64,000 bases of DNA from Mobula hypostoma (Eukaryota), in the NCBI RefSeq assembly GCF_963921235.1, contig NC_086108.1, positions 34,908,001 through 34,972,000 on the forward strand, read 5' to 3'. This document shows, piece by piece, positions 1 to 12,779 of the stretch. Each line of letters starts with the position of its first letter. Position 1 is the first letter of the stretch. The notes beneath the pieces were generated by a model. That model made no database searches and had not been told where the DNA came from. It saw nothing but the letters and a program-made list of their open reading frames with translations. The position numbers and the translations under genes are program-made.

Positions 1-598
1 GAGGTAATTTCACTAAATGAAGGAGTACATAGATGGGCCAAATCGCCTCATCTGATTGTAGTTCTTTAGTGCTCCACTGTGTACCAGTGCCTCAACACAA
101 CCACTTCTCACTAAGTTATCAGCACAGTTGTTTAAATGAATCTATAATTCTGTGCAACGACAGCAAAATGTATTAGAATACCTTAACAAGTTGGGCAAAT
201 ATAAGAAGACAAGTGGAGTTACCTTTCGGGTTCAAGGCCTCCCATTGCAATCACTAGGTATAACTGATTTAGTGATGCACTGATAGTGAGACGCTTCTTT
301 CAGACACTTACTTAAATATTGCTTCACATTTGTGTATTTTCAATGTGTTTTTTGTCTCAAGCTCATTATTAGAGGTAAAACATTCCACCCAATTTTTAAA
401 ATACCTTGGCCGTGAAGAAAAGGAGCTTTCTAGTTCCAACTCAAAGCTCTCATTTTCTGTAGTTTCTTGAATTGTTCTCTTATCCATTGTCTCTCACACT
501 TTCTCCAAGCCAGTGTCAAAGAGCCAGGGCAGGGAATGGTCAAGAAGAACCCTGTTATCTAGCCACAGTGACAAGGTCTGTTCTCCTCTTTCTTCCAG

Positions 599-999
599 TG
601 GGTTCACAAGACAGCTTGTTGGAGATCACTTATCGATCAACGGTGCCTCCAGTGCTCTGTGACCCAACCACTCCCAAGCCAGAAGACGTCTGTGTGCCCC
701 AGTTGTGCGATGGATCGGATCTCCCCCTGCCTCTGGGAAGCCCATTAGGTATGGACGACTGCCTGGTAAAACTGGAGTGCTTCCACTTTCTGCGCAATGA
801 AAAGAGTTCCCATGATGAATTCATGGGAAGCCTGGAGCTGATCAAATTCCGAGAGTCAGGGATAGTGTCTGAGTATGAGTCTAACACAGATGAGAGCGAG
901 GAGAGGGACTGCTGGGTAAATGAAGAGTCAGTTCGGATAATGAATGTGATGAAAAGGCAGGATTTGGGAGATTGTCTTGATGATGAAATTGCAGTGTGA
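599..999 (+). CDS. NOS1AP: NOS1AP (CAPON) last coding exon, canonical C-terminus
   Basis: Acceptor ttctcctctttcttccAG ends at 598 (phase 1). The translation (x)GSQDSLLEITYRS...LCDPTTPKPED...GSPLG...CLVKLECF...LELIKFRESGIVSEYESNTDESEERD...LDDEIAV* matches the vertebrate NOS1AP C-terminus, including the PDZ ligand EIAV. TGA at 997-999. Confidence 0.96.
745..754 (+). promoter_or_regulatory. Internal alternative 5' splice donor in the NOS1AP last exon
   Basis: TTAG|GTATGG, cutting after G748 (phase 1) in the Gly codon of GSPL-G; phase-compatible with the C1orf226 acceptor at 18484. Confidence 0.75.
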
Positions 1000-2829
1000 A
1001 AGTTTGTGAATACTTAGGAAAGAATTTTCAATGTGACAGACCGACCCATCCTTATGGTCAGTCAGCTGGGCTGTCTCGTGTAAATAATGGCTAGAAATGT
1101 TCATTCCTGACATTATCCTGTTGATTAAGTGACAGTAATCATTTGACATGACTCACTGTGCAATCTGTTTAAAATCAATGTGTACTTTGCTTCTTTAAAT
1201 ATCAAGTTTCCCAAGTTTAAAAAAATATAAGTGAGGCTTCAGCACATGCTTTAAACTTTGAGAAATGGTAGAAGCTTAGAAATACATGAGGCAGGATACT
1301 TCAGGGATATGATTATAAGGTCTCTTCACACTGAAGTCTTTGAATGGGTACTAAAGAGGTTAGTTGTGCATTGAAGCCACAATCACTGAAAGACCTGAAT
1401 GAAAGTCATTCCATACATCTGCTCCCACACCATTGCTTCTTGATGTTATACCTTACTAGTTAGCGACAGACAGAGATAGAGAGTCTGTAAGAGTATTCAG
1501 TTGTTGTCGTCACCTTCAGAGTAATCTCAGGAGTTGTTGGTTCAGCAAAAGCAGACATTTGAAAAAAAGCTTTAGTCCCAGATTGTAGATGTCTGTGAGA
1601 GCAAATTACCACAAAGCTTGTGCCCATAATAATGCAAGAAGCAATTTACAATTCACAGAGAGATTATATCCATAAAATACTTGCAAGAAATAAAAGAAAA
1701 GATTTCAAAGCATTGTGCAACACAGAAAGGTCTTGCATACTCCAAAATCTCAGACAGAATCCTTTCTAGATCATTGCAGATTAATTATTACGTTAGGGCT
1801 ATGCCTTTGGGGGCAGGGATGTGTAACAAATTGATTTTGCTATGACCATCACTTAAACCCTTGTCATTTGCCCTATTGATGGTCAGAGCTATCTAGAGAG
1901 CACTGCTCTTTGTCTATTGGTTAGGATTTACAGCTTTTTGAGACCCAGAGGAACAGAATACCCTTTCTGTTGTGCTGACATCACACGTACTGCAATGAAT
2001 GTCCTCTGATACAAGATCACTACTGTGTTGCACATTGAAAAATTGTGCTTTTAACACACAAAGGTTTTATTGAGCAAAGTTCCCCTTTAATCTGAAGCTG
2101 TAACAACTGTGGCTTCGTAACAGACAGATAAAAATTTTGTGATCATCAGACGCTGTCAGTTGAACTCGTGACCCCACATAGATCATGCTGCTATCTCTCT
2201 ATAGGTAGTGACAGGTTACCTCGCTGGATGCTTCACACATGTTTGGAGTCAGCTCAAAGCAGATATGGATTTTGACTTGTCATTCAGCTGACGTAATTGT
2301 GTTGGCCTTCATTATTCTTTCTGCAACCGTCTGGGTAAATAAAACAAGTTTGAATCATGAAATGATTTCAGATAAAAACAAAGCAGATAAAAGACAGAGT
2401 GAAATAGAAAATAGTTCAATATATAGATTATAAAAGATAATTATAGGAGGGAGAGAAAAGATAGAATTTTATATAATAGAATATTTTATGGCAGCAATTG
2501 ACTATTTTAATACTGTAAAACCTCTACAAATAGAATATTGGGGATTTTCGTAATTAGTCTGTGTAAACCAAAATGCTTCTTGTTAAAGGTTGGCATAAAG
2601 TGTTCAGGATTTCTTGGATGTATTGCTACTGCAGAGTTGACTCGTGAGTTCAAGCATTTCTGCCACCATATTGTTTTTAATTTCAAGCATGATATGCTTG
2701 TATGATATGGATTAAATCAATGAACAGCATCATGAAACAACAGAAATAAACTTCCTCTCAAAGTGAAAATGTACATATTCCGTGAGAACATGAGTTAATT
2801 CCAAGAACTAGTTTTTGGCTATAGTTTTG

Positions 2830-3150
2830 ATTCCCTCTCTAACATTATCTTCTTGCCCACCCATCGCCTCCCTCTTGTGCTCCTCCACACCCCCCCCCCC
2901 ACACCTTTTCTTTCTTCCATGGCCTTCTGTCTCTTTCACCAATCAATTTCCTAGCTCTTTGCTTCATCCTTCCCCCTTCAGGATTCATCTATCACCTTGT
3001 GTTTCCCTCTCCCCTCCCCACTTTTAAGTCTATTTCTCGTCTCTTTTTTCCAGTCCTGCTGAAGGGTTTCAGCCCGAAACGTCAACTGTACTTTTTTTTC
3101 TATAGATGCTGCCTGGCCTGCAGAGTTCCTCCAGCATAGTGTGTGTATTT
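2830..3150 (+). mobile_element. Penelope-like retroelement 3' end (pseudo-LTR fragment)
   Basis: Pyrimidine-rich stretch followed by cagtcctgctgaagggtttcagcccgaaacgtcaactg...gatgctgcctggcctgcagagttcctccagcat; the same motif recurs at 15570, 41725, 44655 and 61060. Confidence 0.75.
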
Positions 3151-3176
3151 TTTTGGTTATAGTTATCAGTTTAACT

Positions 3177-3257
3177 CAGGGGTTCCCAACCTGGTGTCCG
3201 TGGACCCCTTTGATTAGTGGTGTTGGTCCATGGCATAAAAATGGTTGGGAGCCCATG
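3177..3257. mobile_element. hAT (Charlie-like) MITE, 81 bp
   Basis: TIRs caggggttcccaacc / ggttgggagcccatg; perfect 8-bp TSD GTTTAACT at 3169-3176 and 3258-3265. Confidence 0.9.
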
Positions 3258-4079
3258 GTTTAACTCTATCTTTATGGTTTCCACTACTATCTGATTCATA
3301 ATCACTTCATCTATTGCATTCTACTTCATTGCTCTTTTTTTGTAATTTGGAGTCTGAGCTCATAGTCGAGTGTGATAACATATTTCAAAAACAAAATGAG
3401 AAGCAGATTTGGAGACATCATCCCTGCAGACTTTTATAAGGAAGGAAAACACAAGCCCACTATTTTCAGTCTGCTGTGGTTGCATGTCAGGGCATCCCAT
3501 TTAAGATAGTGTCCTCTCCATGAAGAATATCATTGCTGACCACTTGAGTCTTAGCTCAAGCCCAGTTTTGGTGGTACACAGAGTGTATATGGTTAGCTTT
3601 GGAGTGAGAATAGAACGTCTGATGTTGAAATCAATGGTAGGAGGTAAGGCTTCCCCTAGAATTGAATAGAAGAGTCACTCGAGGATCCAATGAGGCCAAT
3701 GGGATTCCCTCAAGTAATCCTGAGGGGAGAATAGAGGGGTGATTCGAGTTCTAAATTATAGCAGAGGGTAAGGTTTGAAGAATGGCGATGGGTGGGTAAG
3801 AACTGGAGTTTTGTGAGAGTAAAGTTCCTGAAAGGAGAATGCTGTAAGGTGTCACGGTTGTGAAGGAGGACCAAAGGACTTGAGATACCAGAGATAAACA
3901 CAGGAGATGTTTGGAGAGTCAATGAGGAATATGGGCCCCATTAATTACAGCAAATAATCACTGAGCAGAAAATGGCATAGAATAAGGTCACTTGGCCCAC
4001 GATAGATACAACATAGATTGAGAGGCAAATTTGGTCAGGTGGATGCTTGAGACTGCTCAAGGGGAAGGATAACACCACA

Positions 4080-4930
4080 AGACAAAACAGAGTTTGATTG
4101 TAAGGCTATTTTTCAGACTGGAATAGTTATGCAGTGATCCCCATGATTAGTACGGGAAAAAAATGCTAATCTGATGCACATGAAGAAACTGGATGCAATC
4201 TTAAGATCTTCCGATCCCACTTGGAAGTGGGAAAAGTTTAAAAGGATGTGTGGTGGAATAGGCAGACATGTAGGAATGTAATTTCAGGCAGTAAATAATA
4301 TATTTTTAAAAATAAGAACAGGGAAAGGCAATAAGTGTTAAGTGGTATAATTTTAAAGAGTGTGCTAGAAAAGTGGGCGTCCTTCCCTTTAAATCTTTGA
4401 AGGTGACAGAATAGATTTACAAAGCAGTTAATAAAACATACGGGTTCCATGAGCTTAAAAACAGCAACACAGAATGCAGAAGTGAGAATTTAGGGAAAAC
4501 CTATACAAGCCATCAGTTCTTGTCAGCTTGAATATTATGTTAGATTCTGGACAGTACAGCTGAGAATGGATCTAGAAGGGTGAAGAAGTGGTTCACTACA
4601 ATGGCACAGGGATCAGAATTATGTGAATGAGCTGGTGAATTTGGAGATGTTCTCTGTAGACTCAAGAAGGCGAAGAAGAGAATTGAATGTGACAGTTATT
4701 GCATGGGTTTGTGGAGACTTTTAAAAGTAAAATGAACACGGGCTTTGTTTAATCAGCAAGACCACGAGACAATGGAGGTAGATTTAATTGGGGGTTTAAA
4801 AAGGAGTTGGATCAAAAGCTGAAAGAAAGTTGTGGGATGGGCTGCATTGCTTTTGCACTTTCATAAAATTGGCGTGTTTACAAAGAGCCAGCTAGCCTAA
4901 TTCTATGCTGCTTTCCATTATGTAATCCTA
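4080..4930 (+). mobile_element. Old, degraded CR1 LINE fragment (RT C-terminus to 3' UTR)
   Basis: Decayed similarity to the RT-to-tail region of the better preserved CR1 copies in this window; no intact ORF. Confidence 0.55.
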
Positions 4931-5657
4931 TGGGTAAATAAAGACAAATTATTTATAGTGGAGCCAGAGCATAAATTTAAGGTAACTTACAAAAAAAAAG
5001 CAGGGACAACTTTAGAGAGAGAGTTTTTTCTCATGAATGAGCAGATGGAATTTGGAACCCAAGGTGGGGAAGCACTGGGTCACGCCGCAGACCGCCTCTA
5101 CTCTGATGTGACGAGTGCCAGCATTTGGTTAGCACTGCAGTCCCCAGATCTGTAGTCTTTAGAAGTGCCCCTCTGTGGAACTGGAATGTTTGCTGCTCCC
5201 ACAGTCAGGCTCCTGCAGTTTGGGAGTTGGGAGGTTTGGGATCAGCAGAGCTGATGTTTGGGAAGTGGAACAGACTGAGGTGGATGAAGGGGTATGATGG
5301 GGATTGGGGATGGGGTGTTTGCATGTAGTTGGGAGGATTGTGGGTTGGTTGGTGGAAGATCAGGAGTAGAAATTGGTTAGTTGCAGAGCCAGGAGTATGA
5401 GTGGCACAGTAAGTGGGGGGGGGCTGCTTGAATGGGACCCCAAAGCTGGAAAAATCCACAATTTACACTCCTTGCTAGGACTTCAAAGTGCGCAAAGTTT
5501 GGCATTCATGGTTCACAGTCCCTTGTGTCCTCCAAGTTCTCTCACAATGCTCTAACCTCCCCTTCAGTGTTTCGGGGGAAAGATAATACCCCATGAGCCC
5601 AGGTGCAAAACGAACCAGAAGCAGTTATTACTGCATTCATTGGTGGAACAACTGATT

Positions 5658-5712
5658 GTTCGGTTGCATAAGTTCGGTTGCATAACACCAAAACAAGTGT
5701 TATGCAACCGAA
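5658..5712. repeat. Tandem duplication plus perfect 16-bp hairpin
   Basis: gttcggttgcataa occurs twice; ttcggttgcataacac (5673-5688) pairs perfectly with gtgttatgcaaccgaa (5697-5712) around an 8-nt loop. Confidence 0.85.
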
Positions 5713-8508
5713 TGTTGCTAGAGCAATACTACAAATGCAGTTAGCTGTCATGGTGCACGTTAGCATGTTAATGAGTTGATTGCAGTTTGTGGTGTACACC
5801 AACCTCTTAAATCTGACCTCACTACTGTGGCTCAGTTCTTGCTCATCCAGTCCATTCCTGTATTATTCACCCCTCTCAGTTTGGTTCTGTCCTACAATTA
5901 ATGGTGGCAATTTGAGAATCCACAAATCAGTGCGCTTGATGTTTCAGTAATTAAAGTGTGGTCATTTCCTTCATATTATGAGCATCATATGACTGGGGAC
6001 AATTCCTTTAATAAAACGCTTAATAGTGTAAGTTGATTGATATTTTACATAAAGCTGATGTCTTATCTGAACCCATGCTTAATCTATTGTTATTTTAATT
6101 TCACAGCAATGATTTTCTTAAAAAAAAAGATTAACTGTATAAACTGTGCACTGTGCTTTTTTTTTAAATTAAGTGTTTCCCAATGCAAACACAGCACTTT
6201 AATACAGCCATATCTGCGCAGGTTTGGTAATGCGTCACAAACAAACACTGAGTACAAGGAAAGGTTTATCAGCCTCACTGGGCCTAGTGCCGAAAAGGAC
6301 ATTAAATGAGGGTTGGCTGTGTAACATCAGAATCATTAATTCGTAGAGGTGCTATCTTGTACAAAAAGAGTTTCAGATCAGTTTCTTTCAAGGCCACCAG
6401 CTATCTGCAGTTTCTAACAAATTTAGAGCAGCATTTTGCTTGGGTGTTTGTTCTTATCCCAGTCACCCACGTTGAGTCTGAGGGAGGTGAGTGTTGTTTG
6501 TGAAAGGTTATGCTTTGGCTCACAGAAGTGACATTGTAGTGAAGCACTTAAAACAATAAAAGACAACTAATCAACATGAAGTTTCTCAAGTGGCCTCTGA
6601 GAAAATGAGGTGGAATCTGTGACTGATTAAGTTTATTAAGTAAAAAAAAATATGGCTGCAGATGTTCTTGTGTAACATGACTTTGAAAGCACTAAGCAGC
6701 ACTGTTATTGGGAGGCAATATAACACTGACCACAAAAGACTGTATTCTGCTCCCTGTCCTGTACATACAAGCAAGCTCTGTTTCATAGTAATACGTGTTT
6801 ATTCTATAAATGAAACTGTGTAGTGTGGAGAGTATATTTAATATTACCCACTCATTCTTTGCAGAAGCTGTAGAGATATCCAGGGGCTTTGCATGTCTGC
6901 ACCAAGCTCTCTGTTTCGTACATATAAATAAGAAAGTATTTTGTGATGAAAAGAAGTTGTATTTTTTGTACTGGCAGAGAATTGAAACTTAAGTGTAGTT
7001 CTCCAAGTTATCTTCTGCTTTCCAGCCTGTTGCTGAATGTGGACCCTTATTGGACCATCAGCAGCAGGGCACCACCTCTGTTTCCTATTGGATGTCCCTG
7101 CTGCATTCCCTTGAACCTGCGTAATATCGAATAGCTATAAAATATTTCAGTCCATTATTTGTAAGTAAGGTTCAACCAAGTGCGCCGGTTATAAAATGAA
7201 GCACCTGATAAAACTAATGAAGATAATTTAGTTGCAGTTCTTTAATGGACTCTCGCTGGAATGGTAATGAAGAAGCCACTGTCAATGACTAAAGAAAATG
7301 TAGACTCAATACTGCCATCTGTTTTGTGGCTTTGTCTTAAAATCATTTGCAGTTTGAATAGAAGCTACCCGATGATTCATTTTTTTTCCATGGTTCTCCC
7401 TTTTTAAGCGTGGCATTGCTATGTGAGCCCAAGTTTTGATTACACCAGCATACTTAAGCTTTTGTGAATACTGCCTTGTTTACGAATCTGGTCTGTAGCA
7501 GGAAACAATGCAATAGAATGGCAGGGAGATTCAGTGACAGAGCCTAAGGAAAGCAGAAAATATTTTGGTTTAACATAAAGAGATCTGACATGGTATGACC
7601 TAAACTGATTTTTCTGATCTTTGTGCTCAAGAGAAGGAATTCAATCATCAGTGGTTGGCTATTCTTTTGGCATTTTGCATTTAAACTTTGGAAACATATC
7701 TTGCAGTTGCCTGAGGGGTACAGATTGAAGACAAGGAAGGAATTAGTCATTGGGTAGGAGAAGGAGACAAATTGGAGTCATGGGACAAAATGTATTTTAA
7801 CAACAAGAAAGAACTTGATTCAAAGCACAGTACAATCTGAATGAAGAAATTGTAAATTGGAAACTTAGAGACAGCAAAGGCTCAATGACCGAATGGCACC
7901 CCCTCTGCTATAGGTTTTCATGAAGTCTGCTACCATAAAGTCTACAACAGCAGATATCATTCCTTTATTTTACTGTCTTTTCCAAACCTATCACAAAGCA
8001 CCAGAGGCATCCCCAGCCACATGAATATACCCTGGGACAAGGGGTTACAATCCTTCCTTGTCTGGCCTGTTGAGTCCCAGGAGGCTGTGCCTGCTGGCTA
8101 TTCTGTGGCCCAGGAAACAGAAAGAAATATATGGATTCCCTTCATCATCAAAGCTCCAACTCTGCTTGGGCTCTATCTGAAGCTTAGTTACAGTTCCAAT
8201 GCATAACTGCATTTAATTACATTTTTGTTATTATAGCCCCACAGTAGGAGTCTAGGTGCAGCGTATTAGCAAATTTTTCAGACCTGAGTTTCCAGGCAAC
8301 CACAATACTCTCTTTGCCAAATGTCCACTCCGAACAGTTACATGATGCAGCCTCCTGCATTATGGGTCTCAAGTTCCAATTTACTGATGGGAAAACTTAA
8401 ACAACTTCAAAATGGGAGTGAGGGAGTGAGTAACAGTAAGTTCTGGAAGTGTTTGAACAAGACTATTAGTTTGCATTAAATAAATTTAGAGATTTTTGAA
8501 GAAGTGTA

Positions 8509-8912
8509 CAGCATTCGGCAGAAGTCTTAGACACGTAAAAACAAGTTCTGTAAAGCAAAGATGTTTTCAAAAATAATGAAATGAAAAGTTTCTAATTATA
8601 CTATAAAGAGCAGTAAACAGTAAAAAACTAAATCAAATCAATATTTGGTGTGACCACCCTTTGACTTTTAAACTGCATCAATTCTCTTGGGTGCACTGTT
8701 ATGCAGTTTTATAAGGAAATCGGCTGGTAGGTGTTCTAAGCATCTCGGAGAACTTGCCACAGTTCTTCTTCTGACTTTGGCTGTCTCGCTTCCCTGTCCA
8801 GGTAATCCCAGACAGCCTCAATAATCTTGAAATCAGAGCTCTGCGGAGGCCATAACATCTGAAATCATATATTAAAAAAAACTAGCATGCCTAAGACTTT
8901 TGCACAGTACTG
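8509..8912. mobile_element. Tc1-type non-autonomous DNA transposon
   Basis: TA at 8507-8508 and 8913-8914; degenerate left TIR cagcattcggcagaagtcttagacac and right TIR tgcctaagacttttgcacagtactg. Confidence 0.8.
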
Positions 8913-9355
8913 TATTTTGTTCAATGAATATGTGACAAACCGGACAAAGCATCGTGTTATTATATTCTGATAGTAATTATTAAAATTCTGCAAGTATTAA
9001 CTCAATTATTAAACTACAATTATCCCTCAATATTGTCATGTTTAAGCAGTGCCACTTGAACCTACTTCCGTAGTTGCATCTGCACGCAATAACCCACCCC
9101 TTGATTATAATTTTTATCTTTCAAACTTTTAGCTTGTCAATGAGTTGAGACCCAGAGAGCCAGATTCAGGCTGTCCCAGTCTATTCACCATTTAACTCCT
9201 CCAACAATCTGCACGTAACCCAGTTTCTGAAGGTGATCTCACCTGCTCACATTTGCTTCCTGATGATGATGACTCAAGGTTCTCTGTCAATGTGTTGAAT
9301 TGTGACTTCAATCTGCAATCCGCCACCCTTAGTTTTCCCACCTTACAAAAACATA

Positions 9356-9894
9356 CAGCACTGTGCAAAAGTCTCAGACACATAGATATATAGCTAGGGT
9401 GCCTAATATTTTTGCACAGTACTGCAGTAATTTTATGTATTGCGTTGTACTGCTGCCACAAAAAAAACCCTGAAATTCATGACGTGTGAGTAACGATAAA
9501 CCGGATTCTGATATGGGTCTCTATTGTGGACTGAGAGTGGGAAGGAGGCAGGGAGAAGGGAATCATGGTTAGGGAAAGGGGAAGGGAGAGGGGAAAGAGT
9601 GGGAAGCACCAGAGAGATATTCTGTAATGACCAATAAGCCAATAGTCTGGAATCAAATGACCTTGCCTGGTGACTCAGGGCTGGGTGCGTCTGTACCTGC
9701 ACAAACCTCTGCCTTCTCTGCCACCTGTCCCACACCCCTGCTGTAGCACTTCACTTTCTCACCAGTCCCAATATCCTTTGCTCCTGCCAGGTTTACAAAC
9801 GCACTCTCTGCTCCACGTTGACAAATACAGTACTGTGCAAAAGTCTTAGGCACCCCAGCTATATATATGTGCCTAAGACTTTCGCACAATACTC
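9356..9894. mobile_element. Composite Tc1-type element: two ~70-bp hairpin MITEs in inverted orientation around ~400 bp
   Basis: 9356-9424 and 9828-9894 each consist of TIR cagtactgtgcaaaagtcttaggca, a short spacer and the inverted TIR; the two spacers are near reverse complements of each other. Confidence 0.75.
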
Positions 9895-12074
9895 TCTCCC
9901 TTGAAATTATCAATTCACTTTGCATCCACAATTTACAGAACAGTTTCTAAACTGGCACCTCTCTGTGGGTTTTCTTATTTGTCTCCCAAATAGACTAGTT
10001 ATAAGTTGATATTGATTAGTACTCCACCACTAAAAAAGTATTGTTTATTCAGAGAATCATATTCCAGTAAAGTTGAGTTCATTGTATGACAATCAGTCTT
10101 CTATCTTCAAATCCCGAACCACAGCCACCCCTCCGGCCTTTGTCTTTTAGTTCTGTTAATCCCATTGAGTTGGTATTGTTCCTTTGTTTCTGAAAGTGCC
10201 TGTGAATGCTGATGATTATGTTCCTTGGATTGAGAGCGTGCTCTATCAGTGCAAGTCTATGGTGAGTGAAAGGCTGGTTCCACTGAACTGAGTGACGTCA
10301 AGCCCTTCACCAATTATCGCTGTGATACATGCTTTAGGCTCTTTCTTACTAACCCAGTAAGAAGCACATTGGTGTCTTCTAGCCCTGACTCTGTACACTC
10401 AGCTCCCTCTGACAATGTCTTCTTGGTATTTGTAAGTGCACTTACTCTGTTGCTGTCTCCAATCTGCTTTTTGCTTAATAAATCTCCTTTTGTAACTGGC
10501 GTTCTTTCTGTATTCTTGACTCTTTCTTTAAATTAAAAAAAAGTGGTGCCCTATGTCAAGCTTCAAATTAAAAAGCACAGTAATATGTCGTGATTTTGCA
10601 GGTTCAAGCCTTGAACAGTATTCTGGACAGGTATGGGGGAATGTAGTGTGGCTCCTTTGTGTGTATGTGTGTGTCTGTGGGGGTGTGGTGCTGAGCGGTG
10701 AGGAGTAGTATCATTCACGATGAAGGAGAATTATAAGTCTGGGAATCACTGGGACCTCTGCACTGAGATTTGCTGTCTCATGTTTCTGGAGACTCTGAGA
10801 ATGTAGGCTGATGCACACCTGTCACAGTAATCACATCAGATACGCAAATACAATTGAATACAGTTGAAAGTGGCTGTTTAAGTTTCCAGAAATATGTGAA
10901 ACCATCCGAACAGGTTTACCCATTGTAGATTTTTTCAACCATAAAGTGCTGTAATAAACAACTGTGCAATTGAATTTCTAAGTTGTTTTATAGACTGTTT
11001 TCCTGGTTTTCTTAAGCATTCAAGTCTATTATTATCATTCTAATATCATTGATTATAAAAGTACCTTCAATTTATGTGTGAATGACAGGAGAAACACAAC
11101 ATTTATGTCCTGGAAACATAGTTGTTGGAAATGCAGTAAGCAATAACCTCAGTTCAAACCCACATCAAAATTACAGGAGCTGGAGATTCATGACTTCTTG
11201 ACATAGTAGCTAAATCCACACTTAAAGAAAAGGGTCAAAATGTGCAGCACTGACTGCTTTGGAATTGAATGACATCAAAAGAATAATCTGCTCTTTACAG
11301 TTCCAGCACCAAACTGCCCTTGGAGGTACAGTATAGAAGTAGGAAGAGGTGAACAATTCAAATCCATTGAACCTGTGCTCCATTCAGGTTGAGGTCATGG
11401 CTGACCTTGAATTTTCCAGCAGTTACAGGGACCCTTATGGCTTTGTCCTTGCTAACAGCAGAACATCAAAATCTTCCCTCTGGACAGACTGTAGAATATC
11501 ATGTTTACCTCATGATGATGTGGTCCGTCAGGATTGTTGTGCATCGTGCAAAGGAGAGTGACAACGTGTAAAGAATGACCGCATTCATAATGCAGAGGTT
11601 TGAATGGGTGAATGAGGAGAGGTTTGAATGGGTGAACCAGGAAGCTGGTGAATAAGAAAGGTTTTTGTCAGCTGTGAATGCTCAGTGAGAGAGACAGTCT
11701 GGCTTTGTATAAATTTAAAGTGCAGAACCTGCCATACAACTTTAATTTCAAGTCCCATAATCCAGTCCCAATCAGACCAACACCACCACCCCTGCCCCCA
11801 AGTGAATATAATTCCTATATATTGTCCTGAAACTTGAATCAGGGTTGGGTGTTATTATGTGCTTGTTTAGGATTTGCATAATGGCAGTCTGGCAAGTTTT
11901 AAGGAGCTCTTTGAGCATCAGGTGGCCATTTTAGCCAAAACCAGTCCTTACCCAGTCTGGGTTTGTCGTGGCAGCTTAAGCCTAAGTAGTTTAGTTGGCT
12001 ACAAGATGTTAGTCAAGGTTACAGAGAGACAGGGTCTTACAGCACAGAAATAAGTACTAAAGCCCACTATGTCT

Positions 12075-12347
12075 GAGGGGGCATAATTTTAAGGTGCTTT
12101 GGAAGTAAGTACAGAGGGGATATCAGGGGTAAGTTTTTCACAGAGTGGTGGAATGCACTGCTGGCAACGGTGTTGGAGGTAGATATAATAGGGTATTTTA
12201 AGAGACTCTTAGACAGGTACATGGATTAGAAAAATAGAGGACTGTGCAGTGGGGAAATTCTAGGCAGTTTCTAGAGTAGGTTACATGGTCGGTACAAGAT
12301 TCTGGGCCAAAGGGCCTGTAATGTGCTGTAGATTTCTATGTTCTATG
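12075..12347 (+). mobile_element. CR1 LINE 3' end inserted into an older minus-strand CR1 fragment (about 12035-12775)
   Basis: Ends in a ttctatgttctatg tail; same family as 37958-39745 in the opposite orientation; ctatgtc occurs at both junctions. Confidence 0.75.
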
Positions 12348-12779
12348 TCCAAGCCAACCATCAAGTACCCATCTACACTCATCCCATTTGTCACAATTGC
12401 TCCAGAGCCATTTTGGCAATTGAAGTTCTTATCGAGACATTTCTTAAAGATTGTGAGAGTCTCTGCCTCTATCAACCTGTCAGGCATTGTGTTACACATT
12501 TCATTCACCATCTGGGTGAAAATAATTCCTTCTCCAATCTCTTCTAATCCTCCTACACCTTACCCTTTACATTTTTATCCCTTGCCCCAAATGTATATCC
12601 TATGGTTTTAAACACCACAGCATTGGGAAAAGATATCCTATGATTTACCCTATCACATTGCCCCTCACTACCCTCTGCTCCACAGTCTATCCAGTCTCTT
12701 TTCAGCAAAACATTCCATCCTACATAACATCCTGGTAATTTTCCCATGTACCGTCTCCCTTGTAACCACATTCATAGTA

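Noticed and set aside
472..598. N-terminal part of ORF 472..999
   Set aside because: Intronic sequence upstream of the acceptor at 598; NOS1AP similarity starts at GSQDSLL.
3620..3940. Possible ancient L2 LINE fragments (also ~5800, ~14100-14600, ~30400)
   Set aside because: Too degraded to delimit or classify by eye.
11301..11571. Possible extra exon or ORFs after ctctttacAG
   Set aside because: No recognisable protein similarity in any frame I translated and no convincing exon structure.
11594..11636. 19-bp direct repeat with period 24
   Set aside because: Only two copies; a simple local duplication, not an array or CRISPR.
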